64,000 bases of DNA from the human T2T-CHM13v2.0 reference genome, Homo sapiens, in assembly GCF_009914755.1 (NCBI RefSeq), contig NC_060938.1, one strand, 5' to 3'. A model generated the notes under the pieces. It saw only the letters and a list, made by a program, of their open reading frames with translations, made no database searches and was not told where the DNA came from. A program made the position numbers and the translations under genes. Below are positions 1 to 13,216 of the stretch, one piece after another; within the stretch, counting starts at the first letter, position 1, and each line of letters begins with the position of its first letter.

Positions 1-555
1 ATGATGGCATTTCTCTACAATGGAATTACCATTTAGAGATAAAAATTAATGAACTATCATTCTACAGATCAACATAGATAAATCTTAATTGCATATGGCT
101 AAGCGAAACAAGCCAGCTGCTAAGTGAAACAAGCCAGTCTGAAACAGATGCATAACTCTATGAGCCTACTTACCTGACATTCTGGGAAAAACAAACAAAC
201 AAACAAAACCCTATAGATATAGAAAGCAGACCAGCTATTGGTATGTGCTTAGTGAGGGAAGGATGTTAAATAGATGAAGCATATGGGAAATTTTTAGTGT
301 GGGGAAATTATTTCATACAATATCGTAGTGGTAGATACATGACACTATCCTGTTAAAACTCATAGAAACTTATGGTACAAATAATAAACCTTAATGTATA
401 TGAACAAAATCAACTAGGGTATTGAATAACCTCAGGATGAAATTAAGGAGCTAAAGACAAATTTAAATGTATTACAAATGTATGACATAATCTAACTTAC
501 TAGAGTTTGTGGAAAATGTTTTTTACCTAAGTAATTTTGAAAATAAATGGAAACT
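1..555 (+). mobile_element. Ancient L1M (L1MC/L1MD-type) 3' region, left part
   Basis: Degenerate L1 3' motifs (ACAATGGAATTACCATTTAGAGATAAAAA...GCTAAGTGAAACAAGCCAGTCTGAAA); continues after the MaLR insertion at 556-908. Confidence 0.75.
98..139. repeat. 21-bp tandem duplication inside L1M
   Basis: GCTAAGCGAAACAAGCCAGCT followed directly by GCTAAGTGAAACAAGCCAGTC. Confidence 0.85.
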
Positions 556-908
556 TGTATTAATTCGTTCTCACTCTGCTAATAAAGACATACCCGAGAC
601 CCAGTAATTTATAAAGGACAGAGGTTTAATTCACTTATAGTTCACCATGGCTGAGGAGGCCCCAGTAAACTTACAATCATGGCAGAAGGGGAAGCAAACA
701 CATCCTTCTTCACATGGCAGCAGCAAGGAAAAGTGCCAAGCAAAAGAGAGAGAAGTCCTTGTAAATCCATTGGGTCTCGTGAGAACTCACTATCATGAGT
801 TAACCGCCCCCATAATTAAATTGACTCCCACTGGGTCCCTTCCACTACACTTGGTGATTATTAAAATTCAAGATGAAATTTGAGTGCGGACACAGCCAAA
901 CCATATCA
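556..908 (-). mobile_element. MaLR solo LTR (THE1D/MSTA-like)
   Basis: TGTATTA...CCAAACCATATCA termini (reverse complement of THE1/MST LTR); perfect 5-bp TSD AAACT at 551-555 and 909-913. Confidence 0.93.
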
Positions 909-913
909 AAACT

Positions 914-1757
914 CTAAGGACAAAAGGAACTATATGTAGCACCGAACTCTAGATGGTAAAATTGTTTCCCATCGAGGTGTGTGTTAACATGATACATGTA
1001 TGCTGAGGCTGAGCAAATAGGTAAATGGATGGAGAATGGTAGGAGCCAGCTTTCAGACTCATGACATGAGAGGGCATAGGTAAACCATGTTGGAAAGTTA
1101 AATGAACCATGTGGCACCAATTTGGGTTGGATACTTCAGTATGAGTTCATTGTAATTTAATATTAATTCAGATATACGTATCACATATAGGAAGAGAGAA
1201 ACAGTAAGCACATATAGTGTCCAGATGATGGTTTCTAATGAGTATGGAATGGAGGAAAAGGGTCACTTGATACTGGAGTAACCAGACAAACACTACCTAG
1301 GCCAGGTGATCAAGGTTAACGTCATCAGAACCCACACCTCAGTCTAATCATGAGGTAAACATCAGACAGACTTGTAATGAAGGATGGTCTAAACATACCT
1401 GACCGGTACTCCTCAAAATGATCAAAGTCATCAAAACAAGGAAAGTCTTCAAAACTGTGACTGCCAAGAGGAGCCTAAGGAGACCTAATGACGACATGTA
1501 ATGTGGTATCCTGTATGGATCCCAGAACAGAAAAAATGATATTAAGTAAAAATTAGAAAATCTGAATAAACTATGGAGTTTGGTTAATAATTTTGTATTA
1601 ATATCAGTTTACTAGAGTGGTACATGCAGTATACTAACAATGTAAGTTATTAACAATAGGCAAAACAGGATATGGTTAGAAGAGAATTCTCCATATTATA
1701 TCTTTGTAAATTTTTTGTAAATGTAAAAGTTATTCTATAATTAGATGTTTATTTTTG
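914..1757 (+). mobile_element. Ancient L1MC/L1MD 3' UTR, right part
   Basis: CCAGGTGATCAAGGTTAACGTCATCAG, GGAGCCTAAGGAGAC, ATGTAATGTGGTATCCTG...GAACAGAAAAA motifs typical of L1MC3/4 (MER42-type) 3' ends. Confidence 0.8.
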
Positions 1758-2169
1758 AAAGTAAAGATAGAAGGATTTTAAAGAATGAATTAAGTAAAGA
1801 GTTTAAAACTTTACCATGTAACTATTAAGACAAATTGGAATTTCTCCTAAAAATCCATGGCAAATAACAGACATAAACTTAGTAAGAAAACACTCAAGCC
1901 ATGTTAGCAGTAAGAGTAATAGTAAACTTTTGAAATAACGTCTTAACATGAACACTTTGCAGATTGACTTTAAAAAAATCAATTTATTTAGGATAAATTC
2001 TAAGTAATTTTGTACATTCCTTATCACAATCGTATGCCAAAATGTGTCATTCCCATTTAAAATTGAGTATATAATGGTTTAAAAATTTAAGCAATGTGTA
2101 TGAGGTTGTACAGGTCACAGGATAAAAAGTAATTGGCTTGAAGATTTCAAGGACTACATTGTTCTATTT

Positions 2170-2247
2170 TACTATACTTCATTATATTTTAAAAAATTCA
2201 TTATATTATATATACTATACTTCATTATATTTTTTAAAAATTCATTA
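2170..2247. repeat. 34/35-bp direct repeat with 9-nt AT spacer
   Basis: TACTATACTTCATTATATTTT(TT)AAAAA(A)TTCATTA at 2170-2203 and 2213-2247. Confidence 0.85.
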
Positions 2248-2728
2248 GGTTTGTTATCACCATAAAATTACCATCAACATAAACTAATATGTAATGGACA
2301 ATTATTTTTGAATTTAGACTGTAGAATGCATTAATGCTGTTGATATTGCTAATGGGATTGAATTAGATTTTTAGACATTTAATTAGTTATAATATGTTTT
2401 GCTTCTTTATGATCAAGTATAAAGAAGCTGAGAAAGCGTTGTTGGGCTGCTAAGGGTGGTGTCATAAACTCTAGTACTCCATGGTACTGCCAATAATAAG
2501 CTAAAGTAAAATTATAATGCATATTAGGCAGCAAATTGAAAACTTGGATAGCTGCTCTGGCACCTTTTAGAGTTATTTGCACATATTTTGTGAAAAAATG
2601 TTTTTCAGATTAGGTCAGACAGCCAGGTAATGTTTTCTGTTGTCATTCATTAATTAGGATAGCCATATGAGACAACATGACTTCCTCCAGAGGTCCTTTT
2701 CATGAGAAAAAAAAAGAAAAGTAACAAA

Positions 2729-2886
2729 CATATATAATGAAAGCATACATATATAATGAAAGCATACATATATAATGAAAGCATACATATATAATGAAAG
2801 CATACATATATAATGAAAGCAAACATATATAATGAAAACATATATAATGAAACATATATAAAAGAAGTAACAAACATATATAATGA
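2729..2886. repeat. 19-bp minisatellite (CATATATAATGAAAGCATA), 5 near-perfect plus 4 degenerate units
   Basis: Directly visible; gives the periodic ORFs 2650-2889 and 2700-2912. Confidence 0.97.
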
Positions 2887-4085
2887 CATATTCTTCTCAG
2901 GAATGGGGGCACACTGGGTGATAAGTTTTAATCTCAGCTGTTGGCAGGCTTGGCACTCAGTAGTGGCTGTAACCAGATAATGTGTGGTAAATAGAAGTCC
3001 ATGGTATTGAGCCCATTCATAACCTTCATGCCTGCTCCAGTGACCACATTATTCATGAGCTATCAGGCAAGGTGGATGGCTTAGTGAGAGGCTGACTCAC
3101 ATTCAACAAGCCATTTATCTTGTCCACTTGATTATTAAGGTTCTCTTCTGCTTCTGCTGTTTGTTTTGAAACATTGGCAGGAGATGCAGACACTTTTATT
3201 AGGAATGTCTGTCTACATACCTCTTACCTGTCATTTTTGTCAAGAGCTTTCTAATTATGTTTTCTCCAAGCTCCTAATGCTCAGTCCAAACTGTTAGCCT
3301 CTGCCTGAAGGTCAATGTAGATCTGAAATTCTGGTCATTTCTCCTTCCAGGTTAAATTAACAAGGTTGTCTGGGTGATATGAGGATTTTCCCTAAAAACT
3401 TTGATTAAGAGATATCCTTGAGTGGGGTGCTAATACTGCAGATGCCTACTACTGGTTGGCACTAGAATATTATGTGGAATTATTATAAACCAGGACAAAT
3501 TTCTGTCCCCTAGAAAAGGGGGAAAAACCTGTAAGAAACTCTCTACAGACCATAAATATCTATTGCGAAAAGGACGGCAATATACTGGTATTAGAAGTCT
3601 TGGAGACATGAGCAATTTATCATGCAACTTACTTGTTCTTTCAGTAATTGCTTGAGTCTTATTTGTTTACACTACCTCAATTTGAATATCTGGTGCTGCT
3701 ATGCACACCCAACTTTATGGTTTCATACGTCAGACAATACCCGGTTGATGATGAACAACTCAAATTTCATGATAAATTGGTGAAAAAATCACCAATTTGA
3801 TCAAATGTTTAACATTTTCCAGGGCCCAAAAGCAAGCACAGAGTTGTTTCTGAACATGTGAATAATAATCTGCAGAGTATGGCATAGCTTTGCCTCTAAA
3901 TTATAAAGGTATATATTGTTATTCACCCATGAGACCTACCAAACATTTCAAGCATCATTCCTAACTTTGTTAACTTTAAATCTGGGTAACATGGACAAGT
4001 GGCACAGCAGCCTACATGGCAGCCTATACTTGGTAAATCACCTGTTTTCTACAGCCCACTTATAACTGGCATTGGAATTACATGC
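2887..4085 (-). pseudogene. Degenerate class III (ERV-L-like) pol fragment: RT connection, RNase H, integrase HHCC zinc finger
   Basis: Minus-strand translation: QV*AAM*AAVPL; GKAMPYSADYYSHVQKQLCACFWALENV (3811-3894; cf. ERV-L SKALPSSADNYSPFERQLLACYWAL); WKEK*PEFQIYID...AEENLNNQVD; AHE*CGH...ATTECQACQQLR (2932-3060). Many stops and frameshifts. Confidence 0.88.
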
Positions 4086-4285
4086 CCAAATGAAATGTAG
4101 TTGACTCTTGAACAATGCAAGAATTAGGAGTGCCAATCCCCACGCAGCTGAAAATTTGTGTATAAAATTTACTCCCCTAAAATATAACTATTAAGAGCCT
4201 GCTGTTGACCGGAAGCCTTACTGATAACATAAACAGTTAATTAACACCATTTTTTAATGTTATAGTTATTATATGCTGTATTTTT

Positions 4286-4960
<675 letters not shown>

Positions 4961-5439
4961 TATTATATGTGTGTTTCTATATATATTTATATATAAATAA
5001 TTATACATAAATTATAAATATAAAATTTAATTATAAATTGTATATATTTATATTTATATACACACATACTGTATTATAATAAAGTAAGCTAGAGAAAATA
5101 AAATGTTATTAAGAAAATCATAAGAGAAAATATATTTACTATTGATTAATTGAAAGTGGAATATCATAAAGGTTTCAACTTTATTCTCTTCACTTTGAAT
5201 AGCCTGAGGAGAAGAAGGGAAGGAGAGGTTGGTTTTACTGTCTCAGGAATAGCAGAGGCAGAAAAAAAATCACTATATAAATGCAGTTTAAACATGTGTT
5301 GTTCAAGGGTCAACTGTATATATTATTTCCAAATTTCAAAGAGGCTCTCTAGGAGTTATTTCTCTCTTAAAGGTAGGAAATATTATTGGTCAGACCTACA
5401 AATTCAATGATACATTTTTCTTTTATTTTTTGCATTTTG

Positions 5440-5641
5440 CAGGGACTACTGCTGTCAAAAATTCATAACACAATCTGCTTTTTTCTCTAGCCTCTAATAA
5501 CAATTTCTTCTTTTCCCTTTCATCCTTTATTAATATCCTCCTCAAGACCCTTCCAGCTCATACCTGAAAGCTGGTTCCAAAGCTGATGCCACATGTTTTA
5601 GCTTTTTGTCACAACAGCAACCTACTTCTGGTACCAATATC
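5440..5641 (-). mobile_element. MaLR (MLT1) internal 5' leader remnant
   Basis: ...GGTTCCAAAGCTGATGCCACATGTTTTAG...CAGCAACCTACTTCTGGTACCAAT abutting an MLT1 LTR. Confidence 0.7.
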
Positions 5642-6172
5642 TGTTTAGGCTGTCTATACCGTATGACAAATTCATTCTAAAACTTACTGGATTAAATAAC
5701 AATCATTTTATTATTTCTCATGATTCTGTTTGTTGATTGGGGCTCAACTGGATGGTTGTTTTGCTCCATGTCATTGTCGTCTTGTGCTACGGCTATCTGT
5801 AGTCTCTACTGGGCTGGAATGTTCAAGACATTTCACCCATTTGATTCGAATTAATGCTGGCTGTTGGCTTGGAGTCCTTCCATGGATGTTGGTGATAACA
5901 ACACAGTTTTTCTTAATGTAGCCTTTTTATGTGACTTAGATGTCTAACGGTGTGATGACTGGTTTTTAAGAAGAAGTGTTTTAAAAGATGAAAGTAGAAA
6001 CTTTAGTTCTTCTAAGGACTATTTTTTGGAAATTAAAGAGTCACTTCAGCTGCACTTTATTGATCAAAGAATCATAGGGCAAGCTCAGATTAAATGTCAT
6101 GGGAGATGACACTAGGCATGAATAGTAAAAGGTCTCATTCATTAGAGGTGCTATCTGTGGACCAGCAATAAC
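5642..6172 (-). mobile_element. MLT1-family MaLR LTR (old; subfamily uncertain)
   Basis: ACAAATT...AAAACTTACTGGATTAAATAACAATCATTTTATT...GGGCTCAACTGGATGGTTG...GTCACTTCAGCTGCACTTTATTGATCAAAG. Confidence 0.8.
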
Positions 6173-6284
6173 AGTAAGACTTCATAATATTTGTGTCAAA
6201 TATACACAGTATTAGGAACTCATACTCCCTTATCTTGAATATTATAATATGCACTGCTTATTCATTTTTCTTTATTTTTTTACT

Positions 6285-6501
6285 CTCATATCCTATTACT
6301 CACTGCTCCCAAATTGTTCTATATAAACACAAATAAACGCATCTTTCCACTGCTCAATACTATTTAAAGACTTAATTGGATTTCATAATAGAACTTATGC
6401 TCCATAGTTTATATTTATATGTTTAGCTCTTAGCACAAGGGGTTAGCCTGTGGTTAGTGCTTAATACAAGTTTATAAATGAATGAATGAATGATGAATGA
6501 A
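6285..6501 (+). mobile_element. L2 fragment with 3' terminus
   Basis: TAGCACA...GTGCTTAATACAAGTTTATAAATGAATGAATGAATG tail; upstream CACTGCTCCCAAATTGTTCTATATAAACACAAAT. Confidence 0.65.
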
Positions 6502-7769
6502 GTACTGTGTAGTGTGAACTTCTCTAATGACAATTCCACTTTTCTAAACCACAGAGACATATTTAATTCATCTATTCTGTTTAGACTAAGGTACAGTGAG
6601 CATCCTCAAAAAGTTCAGAGTTTAGTAAGAAAGATGAATATATAAAGTAATAAGAAAAGAAGTACAGAAAATAATTAAAAAACAGTTTAAAAGAATTTTA
6701 AGAGAGAGAAGAAGAGTAGTTTAAAAATATAAAAAGTACACGTATGCATGAACACTTTAAAAAAACTCAAAATTATAACTCTTCCTTTAAGAATATATTT
6801 TTTTAAAAAAACAAAATAAGAACAGATGCACAGGCAAGAATGATTTATTTTTATATTATACATTAACACACATGGTCATATGTAATATAGAAATTGATTA
6901 TTTATTTTGTTTTGTTAAATGTGTAAATAATAGAGTAAGCCATATACATGTGTTGGATTCTGTTGGTAAAATAAGAATACTAAATCTTTTGTCCTCTCTA
7001 ATGTACATGTTTTGTTCTCCAAATTATTTCTACATGAATTCAAAAAATAAATTGTCAATTTACCTGATTTTAAGTATTATGAATATATAATAACAGCATA
7101 TTCCTAAAACTCCTGATTTCAACAAACTCATTCCTTGTATAAATGATTATTTTTAGGAAGCACATTTAAAATAATTTTTATTTGCTTTTATTATGCACGT
7201 TTGGAATTATTTGTTACTGCCTTTACTTATCGCTTGAAAATGATGTAACTTCTTGGATTAGGCATGCCCATATAAATATTATTTTGGACAGTAAATTAGA
7301 ATTAATTTCCTCTGCATCCTTCTAGATTGATTATAAAAAGCTTCACTCCAAGACAAACTTCAGATATTTTATATACATTAAATGCTAAGATTAGAGAGTT
7401 AAGACCATGTTTTTCATCTAGATTTTGCAAATGTTGTCATAAGATGTAGTTGTGGGTTTGTGTGTGTGTACATTCTTACAAACATGATTGCAACATGGTT
7501 AACTTCTATATAACCAAATGAAATGGACTTAATGTAGCAATTTTACTGTACCATACATTAGATTTGAGTTATTTTAAGTTATAGTTTACTTAATTTCTAC
7601 ACATACATTTATTATGATCATGTGCATGCTTAATTTTGGTATTTTTTTCTAGTCATTTTCCCCACAAACACTTTCCCATATAACCTCCAAATCCCACATT
7701 AGCCCCATTGTCTATACAGGGATCCTTATTGACAATTGAATATTCAGTTTCTCATAGTTTTTTCTTCAT

Positions 7770-8138
7770 CATAGACTCAGGAAAGGAAGACAGACAATAA
7801 AGGGCATTTTATCAAGCAAATTAACATAGTAAGTAACTGAAGATTAACACCTTTGCGGAATTGAAGTGTCACTGTGGAACATACGCCCGCAAAAAGGGAC
7901 AAAAGAAATTGGGTACTTAGTTACCTGCTCTCATCAATCATTGGTTGAGCACTGCTACTGAAGATATGCATTACTGGGCAATACTTCCAGCCTGCTTCTT
8001 GCAGGCAGGGTGGATTCATATTGTCAAAGAAAGCTCTGAGGCAATGATATGGATGCTGATGAGGGAAGTCAGGGTGAAATGTACAGCACTGGTAAGCTCC
8101 ATGAGGCTGTGGACATGGTAATGTCATTAACTGCCAAC
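7770..8138 (-). mobile_element. ERVL LTR fragment (LTR33/LTR16-like)
   Basis: AGACAATAAAGGGCATTTTATCAAGC...CTCATCAATCATTGGTTGAGCACTGCT...ACTTCCAGCCTGC. Confidence 0.65.
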
Positions 8139-8139
8139 A

Positions 8140-8320
8140 GGGAAACCTTGAAAGGTACTTGTTGAAGATGGTAGAGCCTTCATCAGCCTGTATTTCTACA
8201 TGACTCTGTGAAACTCCCACCCAACACTGCAGATTGGATTTTAATAGACCAAGGAAAAAAAATCATATTTTAAACAATGAAAATTAGGGGATTTATGTGT
8301 TAAAACAACAAATGTAAATG
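8140..8320 (+). mobile_element. MLT1J-like LTR 3' fragment
   Basis: TGTTGAAGATGGTAGAGCC...TTTAAACAATGAAAATTAGGGGATTTATGTGTTAAAACA. Confidence 0.55.
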
Positions 8321-8752
8321 AATGTCTCACATTTTCTGATTTTAAAGGACTCTAAAAAGGAAGAATTACATTTTAAAAATACCCAAAATCTTTCACTGGA
8401 ATTTGGGATCCTAACACCTCTGTTTCAAATACCTTATTTAAAATTTGTCAAAAGACATATTGAATATTCTTTGTGATTCTCATTCTACATTGCTATAGAG
8501 CAATGCATATGACATTATCATATAATTTGTTTTCAATATGAAAATATCTTGTCTACTAGTGTGTAATCAAAATTACCACAAATTTTGTATCTGACTATAC
8601 CCTCATTAATCACTAAGATATCTATATGTGTCATCAGCAATCAGTTACACAAAAACTATTTTTAATGCCTCTGTCCTTTTAAAATCAATTTAAGAATTTT
8701 TGAGCACCATCTTTTAGACTTTGTGATAAGAACAAACATGAACATAGAGATC

Positions 8753-9144
8753 TTTTTTTTAAGAGAAAAACTTTTATTTTTGTTTCAGGAGTACATATGC
8801 ACGTTTGTTATATATGTAAACCTGTGTCATGGGGGTTTGTTGTCAAGGTTATTTCATCACCCAGGTACTAGGTCTAGTACTCAGTAGTTGTTTTTCCTGA
8901 TCCTCTCCTCCCCCAGCCCACCCTCAAGTAGGCAGGCCTCAGTGTCTGTTGTTCCCCCTTTGTGTCCATATGTTCTCATAATTTAGCTTTCACATATAGT
9001 AAGTGAGAACATGTAGTATTTGGTTTTCTGTTCCTGCATTAGTTTGCTAAAAATAATGACCTCCAGATCTATCCATGTTCCTGCAGAGGACATGATCTTG
9101 TCCTTTTTTAGGGCTGCATAGTATTCCATGGTGTATATGTACCA
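8753..9144 (-). mobile_element. 5'-truncated L1PA13-16 3' end
   Basis: GTACATATGCACGTTTGTTATATATGTAAAC...TAAGTGAGAACATGTAGTATTTGGTTTTCTGTTCC...GTATTCCATGGTGTATATGTACCA. Confidence 0.92.
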
Positions 9145-9461
9145 AAGTATCTTAAAATATTAAGACAACTCCTTAGTGACTTTTTCTCATCTGGATATAT
9201 AGTGATAATACATTCTCTGATTGGTTGACTTCCCAGCTTGTCTTATGGTTTACCATGGCTAGGTCATTCTCCCAAGACGATTTTTTGCTCTTGGGCTCTC
9301 TGATTTTTCTATAAATAAATTCAAATCCAATATATTTTATTTTTCTATTATTGACTGCCTTTAGTTTTCTATTATTAACTATCTTATCTCATATAATCTT
9401 TGTAAGAATTGACCGGCTGTTAAACATAGAAATCTCAGACTAACAGTTAACGTGTATTGTA

Positions 9462-9615
9462 TACTTTATTAATCATTAACACCCCATAGATACTAATATT
9501 TTTATTAATAGATGAAAATATAAGACCTGGAGATACCTTGTGTCAAAGATTTCAGAGCTAGTAAGTGGCAAGGCTACATTTAACTCAAATCTGACTAAGC
9601 CAATATATCCCTGCC
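9462..9615 (-). mobile_element. MIR fragment
   Basis: AGATGAAAATATAAGAC...CAGAGCTAGTAAGTGGCA...AACTCAAATCTGACT. Confidence 0.7.
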
Positions 9616-10635
9616 ATCTGCCCCCTTCTTCGTTGGATTGATTATGCAATGCATATGATGCCCAATGTTCTAGTTACAGAAAAAAATAGATTAAGAATCC
9701 ATAATGTAAATCATAATTTGAGATATTTATCATTTACTTCAAAGATTAAGAACATTTTCTCATATCCAAATATTCATTTGTGGAAATCCTCATTCACTTG
9801 TAATGCTTATCTTAGGTTACTTGACAACAATAACAAACTGGGCACACACACAAACACACAAAATATTATCATGTACATTGTTCCTAAGTTATAAAAAGAT
9901 AAATCAGTTGCTATTACTAATTTATTCTAGGTATATGACTCTTGTTCAGACAAACCACATATATATTGATAGATTCCTCTATTTGTTGTTATCTGAAGAA
10001 ATCTATTAATTTTAAATGTGTGGATATTTGAGTAAAGTAAGAACAAAAATTAATATGGTACAGCAACATTGTGTGGGATTTACTCATGTTACTGCCAAGA
10101 TTTGAGCAGAATGTAGGAAATTAGCATCAATGATCAATGTCTCACAATTTCTTTCATCAAGCTAAATCACAGTCACATCTGGAGTCTTTAATTGTGCCTC
10201 ACAATTAGTTTAGCATACTGTAAGTGCCAATTTAAAAAGTTGGAAAAGGCAACCTGAAGGTAAGCAATTTCATGAAATAATATATTTTTCTTAAGCTACT
10301 ACTAGCATACACAATTAGTTTTAGAATTACACTTTCATTTCCATTTCCTTGTAGTTAGAAACTTCAACGTAATGAAGTACTCTACTAAATAGGCATGTTC
10401 TTGTTCTTCCATTTCTCACTGCTACTGGGTTATTTGCTATCAAACTCTTATTCCTGAAGTTTATAATCTTTATGGACACTGCACATTTTACATTATTTTT
10501 TATCCTAATTCAGAATGAAGTAGCCGTTTGTTTTCTAGGAGGTATCTATACAGTTTTTGAGAAAAAGTTTAGCTTCTCTTAGGAGTCGCCACAAATAAGC
10601 TCTCCAGGAAAGAATCCTTTGTGCAGTAGAACATA

Positions 10636-10806
10636 GCAGAGTAGTTTCCAAATTTAGTATGTATGTGTCACCTGGGGTGTTTTTAAACATTGCAGAGTTT
10701 AGGACTCCACCATAAATATTTGAAGTCCATATTTGGGGAGGGGAATCAAGAATTTGAATTTTAATAGGTAACTTGGTGAATCTGATCCCAGTAGTTTGAT
10801 ACTGGT
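10636..10806. mobile_element. MER5A-like hAT-Charlie MITE
   Basis: GTAGTTTCCAAATTT...TCACCTGGGGTGTTTTTAAA...CAAGAATTTGAATTTTAATAGG...GGTGAATCTGAT. Confidence 0.7.
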
Positions 10807-12089
10807 AAATCATTTGTGTAGATTCTAAGAATAAGAAATCTGAAATCAAAATGATTGAGGAGGCCCTTGTTTGTCAATTTATATTGATTCCTGTTGGGGA
10901 GACATCTAATGCTTAAGCCCACATGTTTCCTTCAGTTCCAATGGCTCTGTTAGTGCATGCAACTCTGGCTAGGAAATCTTTCCTATTGCTGGTACCTCAG
11001 AACAGATAGCATATGTATTCATCCATCGCTTATCAGTAATTGCAGTCATCTTCTAACTGGTCTCCCAGCCTATCTCATCTGCTCTTATATCCAGTGCTGA
11101 TATCTGGAATGTCCAAAGGATATGGGGCTGGCCTGCTTGCCTAAAGTACGACAACTCAACTGTCTAGCACCTCCTCAGAGTGGCAGTGAGCACACTCATT
11201 TTAAAGGTTCAAGTATGTTGGAAGCAGAGGTGAAAATTAGTTTCTCTGCTTACCACCAAATAATATATATAGTATTATTCTGGTTGTGTTTTTAACTATA
11301 ATCATGATTGAAATTGTAGCCTTGAATTTAGTTATGTTACAAACTTCTTGTCTATTACCTGGCATACTTTTATTTCCTTGAAGTGGAATTTTGTTTTTAA
11401 GAGAAAGAAATGAATACTTTTCTTAAGCAGTCACTATCAGAATTTATTCAGTATACCTTAGATATGGGCTTTGCATATGTTGAGAGAGCTTTACCTCTTC
11501 ACTTGATTGTCTACATTTTATACTTCCTTTACTTAGTCATGATTCACTCACTGATCAGAAGAATCATCTAGTGAGCACACTGTGAACTCTCATTAAGTTT
11601 CCTGTTAGATCGATAGACCACAATTGCTTCAAAATTTCTTCTGTGCATCCTTAATGTAAAACCATGTGTTTTGCAAATATGAGAAAACATTATGAATACT
11701 GACTCTGAGATTTTAGAAGTTATAATTTGAAAAGTATTTTATCTAAAATGTTGCACAAAAAGTGACATTTAGACAAGGTCTTGGGACAAATAAGGCTTAA
11801 ATAAAACAGTATAAATAGTTATATTGTTAGATGTACCACTTTGTATTCAATTGATCTGATTTAAGATTAGCATGTTCTTTTCAGTCTACTTTATTATTTA
11901 TAGCATACACTAGGCAACAGTTAGGAAGAAAAACTACTTTTTAAAAGTGTTTGCTATTCTCCTCAAAAATTAAAATTTATCTACTCCAAAAGAGGTGATG
12001 GGTATTTGTCTCCTCAGCATCAGTAGTGAGCAGAAAAATCCCACTCTGTGTTTCTGATTTTCAGCCTAAATCTTTTTCAGTTCATATTC

Positions 12090-13177
12090 TATATAACTTC
12101 AAATTCATAGGGGAGTTTCAAGAAAAGTGCAAAGATCACTCATATAAGCTGCATCCAGATTTAGACAAGTTAACATTTTACTTCCTTATCCCCAAATGCT
12201 TTAGCATAAATATTTTAATACTAAGGATGTTTGTTTATATAGAAGTCAGATGATCAAATTAGGGACACTTAAAAATGGCACACTATTATTATTTAGTACA
12301 AAGTCCATAATCAAATTTTGTTTATTGTCTTAAGAATGGATGGTCCTGATAGAATCTATCACCATTCTTGATTCAATCTACCATCACAAAATTCATTTTG
12401 TTTTCTTGTCTCTTTAGTTTCCTTTAACTTGAACCAATTCTTCTCTCTTTCTTTTTCTTTTATGATACTGATATATTTTTTATTATGGTTTTTTACAGTG
12501 TGGAAGATACTGATATATATTGAAGAGTACAGTCCAGTTGTTTGTAAAATGAATCTCACTTTGAATTGTCTAATGTTAATGCATGATTATATTCAGCTTA
12601 CATATTTTTGACAGAATAAATATCTGAGATTTTATTTTCTTAGTTCACTATTGTGGGTGAAATTTGATCATCTGATTATATTGGTATCCACCAGATTTTT
12701 CCTTGGTAAAATAAGCATTCCTCCTTTTTTAAGTAATGTGTGAGGCAATTTTTGATACTTATTTACGTTCTATTTTTCATTTATCCAGTGATCATTGTCT
12801 CCATTGATAAATATTACCTGAATCATTTATTACTCTGATGTTTGAAAAATGATTTTCTAAATCTATTATTTCTTCTCTATTCATTATACTGCATTCCATT
12901 GTTAAAAATAAACTTTTTGCCTTCTCTTTTACCAATCCATCTATTTATTTCGATTTATCATCTACCTATCACATATGTATAAGTATAGTTTGATAGATTA
13001 GTAATTTATTCAATGGCTTATATAGTATTGCTACCATTATTCATGATTTGAAGTTCAAATCATGCCTGATTGGACAGTAGTAGCCCCTTCCCTTTGACTC
13101 CCATATTCCTTTCACATGATCCTAAATTCTTTTTTTAGTGTTTCCTTACTTTCTGGCTCAAGAATTTTGAGGGTCAT

Positions 13178-13216
<39 letters not shown>

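Noticed and set aside
2650-2912. Periodic hydrophobic ORFs and a CRISPR-like regular repeat
   Set aside because: Head-to-tail 19-bp minisatellite with no unique spacers; the ORFs are repeat translations; primate DNA with no cas genes
10535-10849. 104-aa minus-strand ORF
   Set aside because: TTG start, spans a MER5A-like MITE, no recognisable domain
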